64,000 nt of DNA from Heptranchias perlo (lineage: Eukaryota). Shown piece after piece: positions 12,325 through 23,085 of this stretch. Where the stretch lies: assembly GCF_035084215.1 (NCBI RefSeq), contig NC_090335.1, positions 54,188,001 through 54,252,000 of the forward strand, written 5' to 3'. The position numbers and the translations under genes were made by a program. The notes under the pieces were generated by a model. The model searched no databases. It was not told the DNA's origin and saw only the letters and a program-made list of their open reading frames with translations. Each line of letters starts with the position of its first letter. Within the stretch, counting starts at the first letter, position 1.

Positions 12325-15038
12325 GGTGACCAAGGTTGGGAACTAAATATTCCAGGGTACTTGACGTTTCGAAAAGACAGACAAAATGGAAAAGGAGTGG
12401 GAGTGTAGCCCTGATAATAAAGGATGGTAGTTAGAAAGGATCTTGGCTCGGAAGATCAGGACGTAGAATCAGTATGGGTAGAGATAAGAAATAACAAGGG
12501 GCAGAAAACACTGGTGGGAGTAGTTTATAGGCCCCCTAACAGTAGCTATACCGTTGGACAGAGTATTAAGCAAGAAATAATAGGAGCTTATAATAAAGGT
12601 AATGCAATAATCGTGGGGGACTTTAATCTTCATATAGACTGTGCAAACCAAATTGTCAAAGGTACTATGGAAGACGAGTTCATGGAATGCATTTGAGACA
12701 GTTTCCTAGAACAAGACATCATGGAACCAACCAGGGAACAGGTTATTTTCGATATGGTCTTGTCTAATAAGGCAGGGTTAATTAGTAATCTCATAGTAAA
12801 GGATCCTCTGGGGAAGAATGATCATAATATGATAGAATTGCCCATTGAATTTGGGAGTGACATACTTAAGTCCGAAACTAGAGTCTTAAACTTAAATAAA
12901 ACCAATTACATAGGTATGAGGGGCAAGTTGGTTAAGGTAGATTGGGAAATTAGATTAAAAGGTATGACAGTAGGTAAGCAATGGCAAACATTTAAAGAGA
13001 TATTTCAAAATTCTCAACGAATATACATTCCATTGAGAAATAAAACTCCACAGGAAAAATGATCCAACTGTGGCTAACAAAAGTAGTATTAGGTTAAAAG
13101 AAGAGGCTTATAATGTTGCCAAGAAGAGTACTAAGCTTAAGGATTGGGAGAGTTTTAGAAACCAGCAAAGGATGACCAAAAAATTGATAGAAAGGGAGGA
13201 AATAGAATACGAGAGTAAACTAGCAAGAAATATAAAAACAGATTGTAAGAGCTTCTACAAGTATGTAAAAAGGAAGAGAGTAGCGAAAGTAAACATGGGT
13301 GCCTTAGATGCTGATTTAGGAGAAACTAGGAGAAACTGGGGAATAAAGTAATGGCAGAGAGTATAATCAAATATTTTGTATCAACCTTCACGGTAGAAGA
13401 CACAAAAAACATACCAGAAATAATGGGGAACCAAGGGACTAATGAGAGTGAGGAACTTAAAGTAATTAATATTAGTAAAGAAAAGGTACTAGAGAAATTA
13501 ATGAGACTAAAAGCCTGTTGGCCTACATCCTACGGTTCTAAAAGAGATGGCTGCAGAGATAGTGGATGCATTGGTTGTGATCTTCTGAAATTCCCTACAT
13601 TCTAGAACAGTCCCAGTGCATTGGAAGGTAGCAAATGTGACCCCGCTATTCAAGAAAGGAGGGAGAGAGAAAACAGGGAACTACAGGCCTGTTTGTCTGA
13701 CATCAGTCTTTGGGAAAATGCTGCAATCCATTATTAAGGAAGTGGTAACAGGGCACTTAGATAACCATAATATGAATAGGCAGAGTCTCATGGTTTTATG
13801 AAAGGGGAACCATGTTTGATAAATCTATTAGAGTTTTTTGAGGATGTGACTAGCAGGGTAGATAAGGGGGAACCAGTGGATGTAGTATATTTGGATTTTC
13901 AAAAGGCATTTGATAAGGTGCCACATAAAAAGTTGTTACATAAGATAAGGGCTCATGGGGTTGGGGGTAATATATTATCATGGATAGAAGCTTGGTTAAG
14001 GGACAGAAAACAGAGAGTAGGTATAAATGGGTCATTTTCAGGTTGGCAGATTGTAACTAGCGGGGTGCTGCACGGGTTGGTGCTTTGGCCTCAGCTATTT
14101 ACAATTTATATTAATGACTTAGGTGAAGGGACCGAGTGTAATGTATCCAAGTTTGCTGACGATACAAAGCTAGGTGGGAAAGTAAACAGTGAGGTGGAGT
14201 CAAAGAGTCTGCAAAGGGATATACACAGGTTAAGTGAGTGGGCAAGAAGGTGGCAGATGAAGTATAATGTGGGGAAATGTGAGGTTATTCACTTTGGTAG
14301 GAAGAATAGAAAAACAGAATATTTTTTAAATGGTAAGAAACTATTAAATGTGGTGTTCAGAGAGAATTGGGTGTCCTCATACACGAAACACAAAAGGTTA
14401 ACATGCAGGTACGGCAAGCAATTAGGAAGGCAAATGGCCTGTTGGCCTTTATTGCAAGGGGGTTGGAGTACAAGAGTAAGGAAGCCTTGCTATAAGTTGT
14501 ACAGGGCTTTGGTGAGACTACACCTGGAGTAGTGTGTACAGCTTTGGTCTCCTTATCTAAGGAAGGATATACTTGTCTTAGAGATGGTGCAACGAAGGTT
14601 CACTAGATTGATTCCTGGGATGAGAGGGTTGTCCTATGAGGAGAGATTGAGTAGAATGGGCCTATACTCTCTGTAGTTTAGAAGAATGAGAGGTGATCTC
14701 ATTGAAACATATAAGATTCTGACAGGGTAGATGCTGAGAGGATGTTTTCCATGGCTGGAGAGTCTAGAACTAGAGAGTGGGAGGTGAGGAGGAATTTCTT
14801 CACTCAGAGCGTTGTGAATCTTTGGAATTCTCTACCCCAGAGGGCTGTAGATGCTGAGTCATTGAATATGTTCAAGGCTGAGATAACTAGATTTTTGGAC
14901 TCTAGGGGAATCAAGGGATATGGGAATCGGGCCTGAAAGTGGAGTTGAGGTCAAAGATCAGCCATGATCTGATTGAATGGTGGAGCAGGCTCGAGGGGCC
15001 CCTACTCCTGCTTCTATTCATTATGTTCTTATGTTCTT
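12325..15038 (+). mobile_element. Decayed 5'-truncated CR1 LINE (APE plus RT)
   Basis: ORFs 12424-14936: VGVVYRPP, GDFN, DFQKAFD, FADDTK; (ttcttatg)n tail at ~15020-15038. Confidence 0.92.
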
Positions 15039-15044
15039 AAAGTT

Positions 15045-18000
15045 GATGGATAGTCACAAATGTTGGCCTTCAAGCAGTGAGAGAGCTCCTGCAGGAGAAG
15101 GAACAGATGCTGATGATCCACATGTTCAACCCACATGTGCCTGTTATGGATGTGCTGATGTCCCTCAATAGATATGTGGACGGAGAAAATCGGAGCATCG
15201 ACTTCGAGGATATGTTAGGGATCTGGACCAGCAAGAGGAGCATCAAGGCGAAGCTGAGGGTGAATGACGAGGGAAACATCATCCACCTCCCGTCAAGTTT
15301 CATGATTGGGACAAGTCGTGTGTATATGGTGTACCAGGGGCAGCCCAGAGTGTATCAATCCTGTGACAAACCCGGGCATGAGGTGGCCTCCTGCAAGGAG
15401 GATCTGCAGGAAGGAGGGCCACCAGACATTGGACTGTCAGGAGGCAAAGTGCTGCAACCTGTGTGGAGAGGCTGGTCACCTGCCCAAACTGCAGACACAG
15501 CTATGCATAGGCAGCGAGAGGTGAGGTGATGCAGGAGAAGAGAGCAGCAGTCATGGCTGCCCCAAAGGAGGCCAGATCCCTCCACCCCACCGTGGCCCCA
15601 TGTGAAAGAGCCAACGACCAAGAGGAGGACAAAGAGCTGGGAGAGTCGAGGAAAGCAACCAAACCCCAACACCCAGCCCCGAGACTTCCACCGAGAACGC
15701 AGAGTCGATGGAAAGTGACCCAGGGCGGAAGAAGGATGGATGACACATGGAAAGAGAAAGAGGAAGTCCCATAGGACCAGAGGTACAAACGCCAAAGGTG
15801 GGACCAGCAGCAAGAGGTGCTTAGAGCCCCCAACGGACAACAGCGACCACTCCTCGGCTGATGAACAAGGTAAAGGGGGGAAATCCCACCTTCAACAAAG
15901 GAAGCGGCAAAACATGACGGTGACCAGTGACACCGACAACATGCTCTAACTCTACGAACTTGGGAGCAGTAAAACCCAGCTCCAGGGCACCAGGAGCAGC
16001 GATGCACACAGCGCAACCCAACTTCGGGATGCCGGGAGTAGTGACAGAGACCGCGATCCCCCAACTCCAGGAGATGCAACGCGGAGAGCGAGGTTCCCCA
16101 ACTCCGGGAAACCAGAAGCAGCACGACGGCCGTGGAGAGCGAACCACCAGCGAAGGCCGAGGAGCCGGACCTGGTCGTGGATCTCATGGACACACCACTC
16201 CATGAGACCCCGCCATTGACCCCCAAGTGCGGACACTCCCCTAAAGGAGGACAGGCCACCTTCCTCAGCCCAAGGACCGTCCAGAAGTTCCTACACACCA
16301 CACAAATACAGCATCTGGACCAAGGGTTGGAAATGGAGGGTAACGTAGAACCCGGACTGATGCAGTTGTAAGACATTAATGTTTGTCCTTTTGTATTTTT
16401 AAAATGGCTTTAAAAATTGCATCCATAAACATGCGTAGCATTAAATCGACCTCACAATGTGCTGCGACCCTGAACTACCTGTCCAGGATCAAGAGCGACC
16501 TGCTGTTCTTGCAGGAGTGCAGGATCAGCAACTACCGGCAGTGCTTACGTATGTGGACCCAGAGGCAGTCGATCTGGTCGGGAGGCAACGATAGTATTTC
16601 CCCGGGCCTGGAGATTCTGCTACGAGGAGGCCAATTCACCATCACCGAGGCTAAGGAGGTGGTGGGGGGCCACCTGCTCGTAGCAGACATTCTGTACAAG
16701 AACGCCCCTCTACAACTAATCAATGTGTATGCCCCGACCCTCAGGAGCGAGTGGCTGGAGGTCTACGGGCATCTCCCGATGCTGTTGGCGATCTCCAGGC
16801 CGGTCGTTCTTGCTGGACACTTCAACTGCACCATCGATGTGGCTGGATGGTGCAGCATGGTCAGTGGAATACCAGACACGATGTCCAAACACCTGATGGA
16901 AGCGGTGAAAGACGCAAAGCTTCGCAACATCTTCAGCAACCCTGCAATCGGAGCGCCGCAGAGATGCACCTGGTCCAGGCCAGACGGGTCTGTCCGTTCC
17001 AGGATAGGCTTCCTATTCGTGTCCCCAATGCTCAAGGTCAGATTCACCTACGTTCAGCCGATGTTCTTCTCTGATCACTGCCTCCTACTGGCCGACTGTC
17101 AATTGCAGGAGGACCAGAAGGCAGGCAGGGGTATATGGAAGCTGAACGCGATACTGTTGATCCCGGAGAACATTGAGGAACTAAGGAGGGATTACACAGG
17201 CTAGAGGACCGTGAAATCCCTTTTCAACTCCATGGTGCACTGGTGGGAAGCGATCAAGGCCAACATCAAGAGGATCTTCATCCTCAAAGGTGTTCAGAAG
17301 GCGAGAGAGATACAGAGGAAAGTGTCACAGCTCCAGAAAAGCATACAGAATCTGTTCCAGCTGCAGTCGATGGGAGTCGATGTCAGGGAGGAAATCCGAG
17401 AGGTGAAAGGACAGCAAGCTTCGCTCTTCACCTCTGAGGCCTCAAAGATCATCTTCCGGTCCAGATTCCGCTCCATGGAGCAGGACAAGATGTCCCCTCG
17501 ATTCTTCTTCCAGAAGCTGCACAGAGAGACCTCTGTGATCTGCAGCCTGAAGGAGGAAGACGGCTCGGTGACGTCTTCGCAGGCCGACATACTGAGGATC
17601 AACAAGTCCTTTTATGCCAGGCTGTATGACGCGAAGCCCACAGATAGCACGGCCTCCCAGTCCTTCCTGACCTCTATCACGGAAGTCTTAGAGGACAGCA
17701 AGCGGGAGAGCATGGATCGGCCGCTAACTTTGGACAAGCTGACAAAGGCCGTAGAACTCCTGAAAGCGATGGCTTACCGGTTGAGTTGTATTCGGCTCTG
17801 TGGGACTGGATAGGCCCAGACCTACTGGAAGTGTATGGGGATGTGCTTCTGGCAGGCAGCATGTCAGAATCCATAAGGAAAGGCATCATCACCCTCAGCT
17901 ACAAGCAGAAGGGGGAGAGGGAAGAAATCAGAAATTGGTGACCCATTTCCTTGCTAAATGTCGACTACAAGATTCTGTCTAAGGTCATCGCCAACAAGCT

Positions 18001-18410
18001 GAAGTATGTTCTGGAGCTGGTGAAGGAGCTGTCCACGACCGAGTGTTGCCGACTAGCGGGACGCACTGAAGCAAGGTACAGCCTATGCACATCGTTCACC
18101 TGAGGAAGGAGGTAGCCTCCGAAAGCTTGTGAATTTAAAATAAAATTGCTGGACTATAACTTGGTGTTGTAAAATTGTTTACAATTATGCAAAAGCTCTA
18201 CGGGGAAAGGCCACCATGTAAGGCCACCCCACTTTGTATTGTACAGAATGTATTAGAAGACATATATTATGTTTTGTATTGTAATAATAGGACTGTAGTG
18301 TGTACGATCTGCATTGTATTGCTTTGAACTGCATTGCTTCAAATTGTGTCTTTTTACATTGAACTGTGTGCATCTTTAAATTTTATGAAATTGAAATTAA
18401 AAGAAGAAAG
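15045..18410 (+). mobile_element. Tx1/L1-clade non-LTR retrotransposon relic with most of the RT internally deleted
   Basis: ORF1 pieces with CCHC knuckles (CDKPGHEVASC, CRKEGHQTLDC, CNLCGEAGH); ORF2 APE (IASINMRSIK, FLQEC, INVYAP, SDH) at 16383-17204; PISLLNVDYKILSK at ~17945, then a jump to C-terminal ELSTTECCRLA at ~18025. Confidence 0.85.
18095..18133 (+). ncRNA. Minimal type-I hammerhead ribozyme (Penelope-type) within a 96-bp insertion at 18090-18185
   Basis: TTCAC-CTGAGGA-A-GGAGG tag CCTCC-GAAA-GCTT-GTGAA: stem I TTCAC/GTGAA, CUGANGA and GAAA cores, 5-bp stem II, palindromic AAGCTT; TATGCA repeats at 18084-18089 and 18186-18191. Confidence 0.75.
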
Positions 18411-19074
18411 ATTTATATTTCCCAAATCCTAGCTAAATCCAGGACATTTCACCACATCTGCATGTCACTCCTGACCATTGTTTGCGGCGTGGGTCGTGAG
18501 AACATAAAGTAGTCAAGTTCTATGTGGCTCACGTATGACAATTTTGTTTATGTAGTGTTTATACTTCCAATCAATGCTTGCTTTACTTACCTACAATAAA
18601 TAAACCATCAAATCCTGTGTCCAATCCTCTTGAAAAGAATTAGAAAAGACAGAGGAGACAGTGTAACAACTCCATATCTTGCTTGTATTCAAATGGAAAA
18701 AAGTAATTACAGTGGAACTTCCTTTATCTGCTCTCCAATTAACCACCAACCCAAAAATCCACCAGATGTGTTGTGGGATAAAATATTGAGCCAGTTGTTG
18801 AAACTACATAATATTTCTTTTGTTATTTGTATTAAAGGGTATTACTGTGCCATACATGTAAGACCAAAGTTTAGTGCACTCAATCATCTGCCAGTTGCCA
18901 TTATCCCCTAGAGGCTTCCTTTCTTTATGGCAAATGATGAAGGTTCCACTGTATATGTTCTGCTGAAAGCTGCACCCCTTTCTGCCAAGTTTCACACTCA
19001 TTTATACACCTGCAGTGATTAAGGGGTATACTTAGGCTGTTTAATAGAGCTGCTTAGGACAGATACGTGTATTG

Positions 19075-19425
19075 CTATCTCTGTAGCCTCCTCCAGTCCT
19101 ACAACTCTCCAAAGTCTCTGCGCTCCTTTAATTCTTGCCTCTTGCGCATCCTCAATTTTCATCGCTCCACCATTGGCAGCCAAGCCTTCAGCTGCCTAGG
19201 CCCTAAGCTCTGGAATTCCCTCCCTAAACCTCTCCGCCTCTCCTCCTCTCTCTTCTCCCTTACGATGCTCCTTAAAACCTACCTCTTTGACCAAGCTTTT
19301 GGTCACCTGTCCTAATATCTGCTTATGTGGCTTGGTGTCAAAGTTTGTTTGAAAGTGGTCCTGTGAAGCACCTTAGAACATTTTATTACATTAAAAGCCC
19401 TATATAAATGCAAGATGTTGTTGTT
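19075..19425 (+). mobile_element. L2-like LINE 3' end
   Basis: AFSCLGPKLWNSLP...LLKTYLFDQAF and tail tatataaatgcaagatgttgttg. Confidence 0.75.
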
Positions 19426-19546
19426 TCCTAATTCTCTATTTTCTGTCCTGCAATGTATTGAGAAACACTGGTTGTGTAGTATAAACTGTTACAATCACAG
19501 AAGTGATAAATACATGCTGCTTTTGAATTGCGGATGTAAAACTCAC

Positions 19547-19909
19547 CTTCCACTGTTAGGTGCGTGCCTTTACCTTTTGCTGTTTGTGTAGGCGGAGGTA
19601 TTTCAATAGAAACCTTGCAGAAGTAAATGTCAGAGTCATTTAAATGAAGATCGTAGATTACTAAAGATGAGGAGTTTGTTGAGAGGTCCAGTGTAATGTT
19701 AACACGTTCTGTACAATCCCGGAAAGCAGTAAAATTAGCTTTATTTTCTGTAAGTTGACACAACATTTGTGCACTGGTGTTTCTTTTCCATGCAATCCTC
19801 AACTGTTCAGCATCTGTATACTTGTATGAACAGTTTATTTGTGCTGTTTCCCCTTTCAATATTCTGATCTCTGATGGTGTCTGGTAGACAGTTAGGTTTT
19901 TGCTTTTCA
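19547..19909 (-). CDS. IgSF receptor V-set exon (germline-joined VJ type; CD28/CTLA-4/CD28H(TMIGD2)-like)
   Basis: ttcttcag|TG AAA AGC...GTG GAA G|gtgagt; 363 nt, phase 1/1; B-strand Cys (INCS), C-strand Trp (LRIAW), DSDIYFC, extra Cys pair (MLCQ...RDC), FG loop IEIPPP, J-like GKGTHLTV. Confidence 0.93.
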
Positions 19910-20136
19910 CTGAAGAAAAAAATAAAAAGGATTACATAAGAACATAAGAACATAAGAAATTGGAGCAGGAGTAGGCCAATCGGCCCCTCGAGCCTGCTCC
20001 GCCATTTAATAAGATCATGGCTGATCTGATCCCAACCACAAATCTAAAGAACACAAGAAGTCGGAGCAGGACCCGGCCACGTAGCCCCTGGGCCCTCTCC
20101 GCCACCCACAGGGCATTGACCGATCCGAACTCAGCT

Positions 20137-23085
20137 TCATGTCCAATTTCCTGCCCGCTCCCCATAACCCCTAATTCCCTTTACTTCGAGGAAACTGTCT
20201 ATTTCTGTTTTAAATTTATCTAATGATGTAGCTTCCACAGCTTCCTGGGGCAGCATATTCCACAGACCTACCACCCTCTGAGTGAAGAAGTTTCTCCTCA
20301 TCTCAGTTTTGAAAGAGCAGCCCCTTATTCTAAGATTATGCCCCCTAGTTCTAGTTTCACCCATCTTTGGGAACATCCTTACTGCATCCACCCGATCAAG
20401 ACCCCTCACAATCTTATATGTTTCAATAAGATCGCCTCTCATTCTTCTGAACTCCAATGAGTAGAGTCCCAATCTACTCAACCTCTCCTCATATGTGCGC
20501 CCCCTCATCCCCGGGATTAACCGAGTGAACCTTCTTTGTACTGCCTCGAGAGCAAGTATGTCTTTTCTTAAGTATGGAGACCAAAACTGTATGCAGTATT
20601 CCAGGTGCGGTCTCACCAATACCTTATATAACTGCAGCAATACCTCCCTGTTTTTATATTCTATCCCCCTAGCAATAAAAGCCAACATTCCGTTGGCTTT
20701 CTTGATCACCTGCTGCACCTGCATACCAACTTTTTGATTTTCTTGCACTAGGACCCCCAGATCCCTTTGTACTGCAGTACTTTCCAGTCTCTCGCCATTA
20801 AGAAAATAACTTGCTCTCTGATTTTTCCTGCCAAAGTGCATAACCTCACATTTTCCAATATTATATTGCATCTGCCAAATCTCCGCCCACTCACCCAGCC
20901 TGTCTATATCCCCTTGCAGGTTTTTTATGTCCTCCTCACTCTCTACTTTCCCTCCCATCTTTGTATCATCTGCAAATTTTGATATGTTGCACTCGGTCCC
21001 CTCCTCCAAATCGTTAATATAGATTGTAAAGAGTTGGGGACCCAGCACCGACCCCTGTGGAACACCACTGGTTACTGGTTGCCAGTCCGAAAATGAACCA
21101 TTTATCCCAACTCTCTGCTTCCTGTTTGATAACCAATCCTCCACCCATGCCAGAATATTACCCCCAATCCCGTGATTTTTTATCTTAAGTAATAATCTTT
21201 CATGTGGCACCTTGTCGAACGCCTTCTGGAAGTCTAAATACACCACGTCCACTGGTTCCCCTTTATCCACCCTATACGTTATATCCTCGAAGAACTCAAG
21301 CAAATTTGTCAGACATGACTTCCCCTTCATGAAGCCATGCTGACTTTGTCCTATTAAATTATGCTTATCTAAATGTTCCGTTACTGTCTCCTTAATAATA
21401 GACTCCAAAATTTTACCCACCACAGATGTTAAGCTAACTGGCCTATAATTTCCAGCCTTCTGCCTACTACCCTTTTTAAACAACGGTGTTACATTAGCAG
21501 TTTTCCAATCAGCCGGGACCTCTCCTGAGTCCAGGGAATTTTGGAAAACTATCACCAAAGCATCCACAATCCCCACTGCCACTTCCCTCAAGACCCTAGG
21601 ATGGAAGCCATCAGGTCCAGGGGATTTATCCGCCTTGAGTCCCATTATTTTACTGAGTACCATCTCCTGAGTGATTTTAATCGTATTTAGCTCCTCCCCC
21701 CCGAGAGTCCCCTGTTTGTCCAGTGTTGGGATATTCTTAGTGTCCTCTACTGTAAAGACTGAAACAAAATATTTGTTCAGCATTTTTGCCATCTCCATGT
21801 TTCCCACCATTAATTTCCCGGTCTCATCCTCTAAGGGACCTATGTTTGCCTTAGCCACCCTTTTTCTTTTTATATAACTATAGAAACTCTTGCTATCTGT
21901 TTTTATATTTTTTGCTAATTTCTTTTCATAATCTAACTTCCCTTTCTTAATCAATCCTTTAGTTACTTTTTGCTGTCTTTTGAAGAATTCCCAATCTTCT
22001 ATCCTCCCACTAAGTTTGGCTACCTTATATGTCCTTGTTTTTAGTCGGATACTATCCTTGATTTCTTTACTTAGCCACGGGTGGCTGTCATTTCTTTTAC
22101 ACCCTTTTTTCCTCAGTGGAATATATTTATTTTGAAAGTTGTAAAATAACTCCCTAAATGAACACCACTGCTCATGTACCGTCTTACCCTTTAATCTATT
22201 TTCCCAGTCCACTTTAATCAATTCCGCTCTCATACCATCATAGTCTCCTTTATTCAAGCTCAGTACGCTTGTTTGAGAATCAACCTTCTCACCCTCTAAT
22301 TGGATATGGAATTCAACCATGTTGTGGTCGCTCGTTCCAAGGGGATCCTTAACTAGGACATTATTAATTAATCCTGACTCATTACACAGGACCAGGTCCA
22401 AGGTTGCCTGCCCCCTTGTAGGATCAGTTACATACTGCTCAAGAAATCCATCCCTGATGCACTCAATGAACTCGTCCTCAAGGCTGCTCTGCCCAATTTG
22501 ATTTGTCCAGTTAATATGATAATTAAAATCCCCCATAATTATGGCTGTTCCCTTATTACATGCCCCGACTATCTCCTGATTAATACTTCTTCCAGCAGAG
22601 TTGCAACTATTAGGAGGCCTATATACTACGCCCACTAATGTTTTTTTTCCCTTATTATTCCTTATCTCCACCCAAACTGTTTCATTATCTTGATGCTTTG
22701 TCCCAATATCATTTCTCTGTATTACAGTGATTCCTTCCTTTATTAACATAGCCACCCCACCTCCCCTTCCTTCCTGCCTGTCCTTCCTGATTGTTAAATA
22801 CCCTGGCATATTTAATTCCCAGTCGTTGTCACCCTGCAGCCATGTTTCTGTAATGGCCACAAGATCATACCCATACGTAGTTATTTGTGCCGTTAACTCG
22901 TCCATTTTATTACGAATGCTACGTGCATTCAGATAAAGAACTTTCAAATCTGTTTTGTGACGCTTAGTTCCTGCTTTTTCCTTTTTTAACACTTTACCTA
23001 TTACTCCATACCTTCTGTCCCTTCCTGTTACGCTTTCCTCTCTCTCCCTGCTCAGGTTCCCAACCCCCTGCCACTTTAGTTTAAA
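20137..23085 (-). CDS. CR1 ORF2: APE endonuclease plus reverse transcriptase (open frame extends to the slippery site at 23085)
   Basis: 951-aa ORF 20137..22992 (GTG start) plus 31 stop-free upstream codons; LYLNARS, ITETW, YRPP, GDFN, SDH; DFQKAFD, GVPQGSVLGP, FADD. Confidence 0.95.
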   Translation of the reverse strand, partial: FKLKWQGVGNLSREREESVTGRDRRYGVIGKVLKKEKAGTKRHKTDLKVLYLNARSIRNKMDELTAQITTYGYDLVAITETWLQGDNDWELNMPGYLTIRKDRQEGRGGGVAMLIKEGITVIQRNDIGTKHQDNETVWVEIRNNKGKKTLVGVVYRPPNSCNSAGRSINQEIVGACNKGTAIIMGDFNYHINWTNQIGQSSLEDEFIECIRDGFLEQYVTDPTRGQATLDLVLCNESGLINNVLVKDPLGTSDHNMVEFHIQLEGEKVDSQTSVLSLNKGDYDGMRAELIKVDWENRLKGKTVHEQWCSFRELFYNFQNKYIPLRKKGCKRNDSHPWLSKEIKDSIRLKTRTYKVAKLSGRIEDWEFFKRQQKVTKGLIKKGKLDYEKKLAKNIKTDSKSFYSYIKRKRVAKANIGPLEDETGKLMVGNMEMAKMLNKYFVSVFTVEDTKNIPTLDKQGTLGGEELNTIKITQEMVLSKIMGLKADKSPGPDGFHPRVLREVAVGIVDALVIVFQNSLDSGEVPADWKTANVTPLFKKGSRQKAGNYRPVSLTSVVGKILESIIKETVTEHLDKHNLIGQSQHGFMKGKSCLTNLLEFFEDITYRVDKGEPVDVVYLDFQKAFDKVPHERLLLKIKNHGIGGNILAWVEDWLSNRKQRVGINGSFSDWQPVTSGVPQGSVLGPQLFTIYINDLEEGTECNISKFADDTKMGGKVESEEDIKNLQGDIDRLGEWAEIWQMQYNIGKCEVMHFGRKNQRASYFLNGERLESTAVQRDLGVLVQENQKVGMQVQQVIKKANGMLAFIARGIEYKNREVLLQLYKVLVRPHLEYCIQFWSPYLRKDILALEAVQRRFTRLIPGMRGRTYEERLSRLGLYSLEFRRMRGDLIETYKIVRGLDRVDAVRMFPKMGETRTRGHNLRIRGCSFKTEMRRNFFTQRVVGLWNMLPQEAVEATSLDKFKTEIDSFLEVKGIRGYGERAGNWT

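Noticed and set aside
15355-16376. Long minus-strand ORFs (161 and 291 aa)
   Set aside because: Antisense shadows of the GC-rich Tx1 ORF1 region.
19500-19600. Rearranging Ig/TCR V segment
   Set aside because: The G strand is encoded in the same exon and followed by a splice donor; no heptamer-spacer-nonamer RSS was seen.
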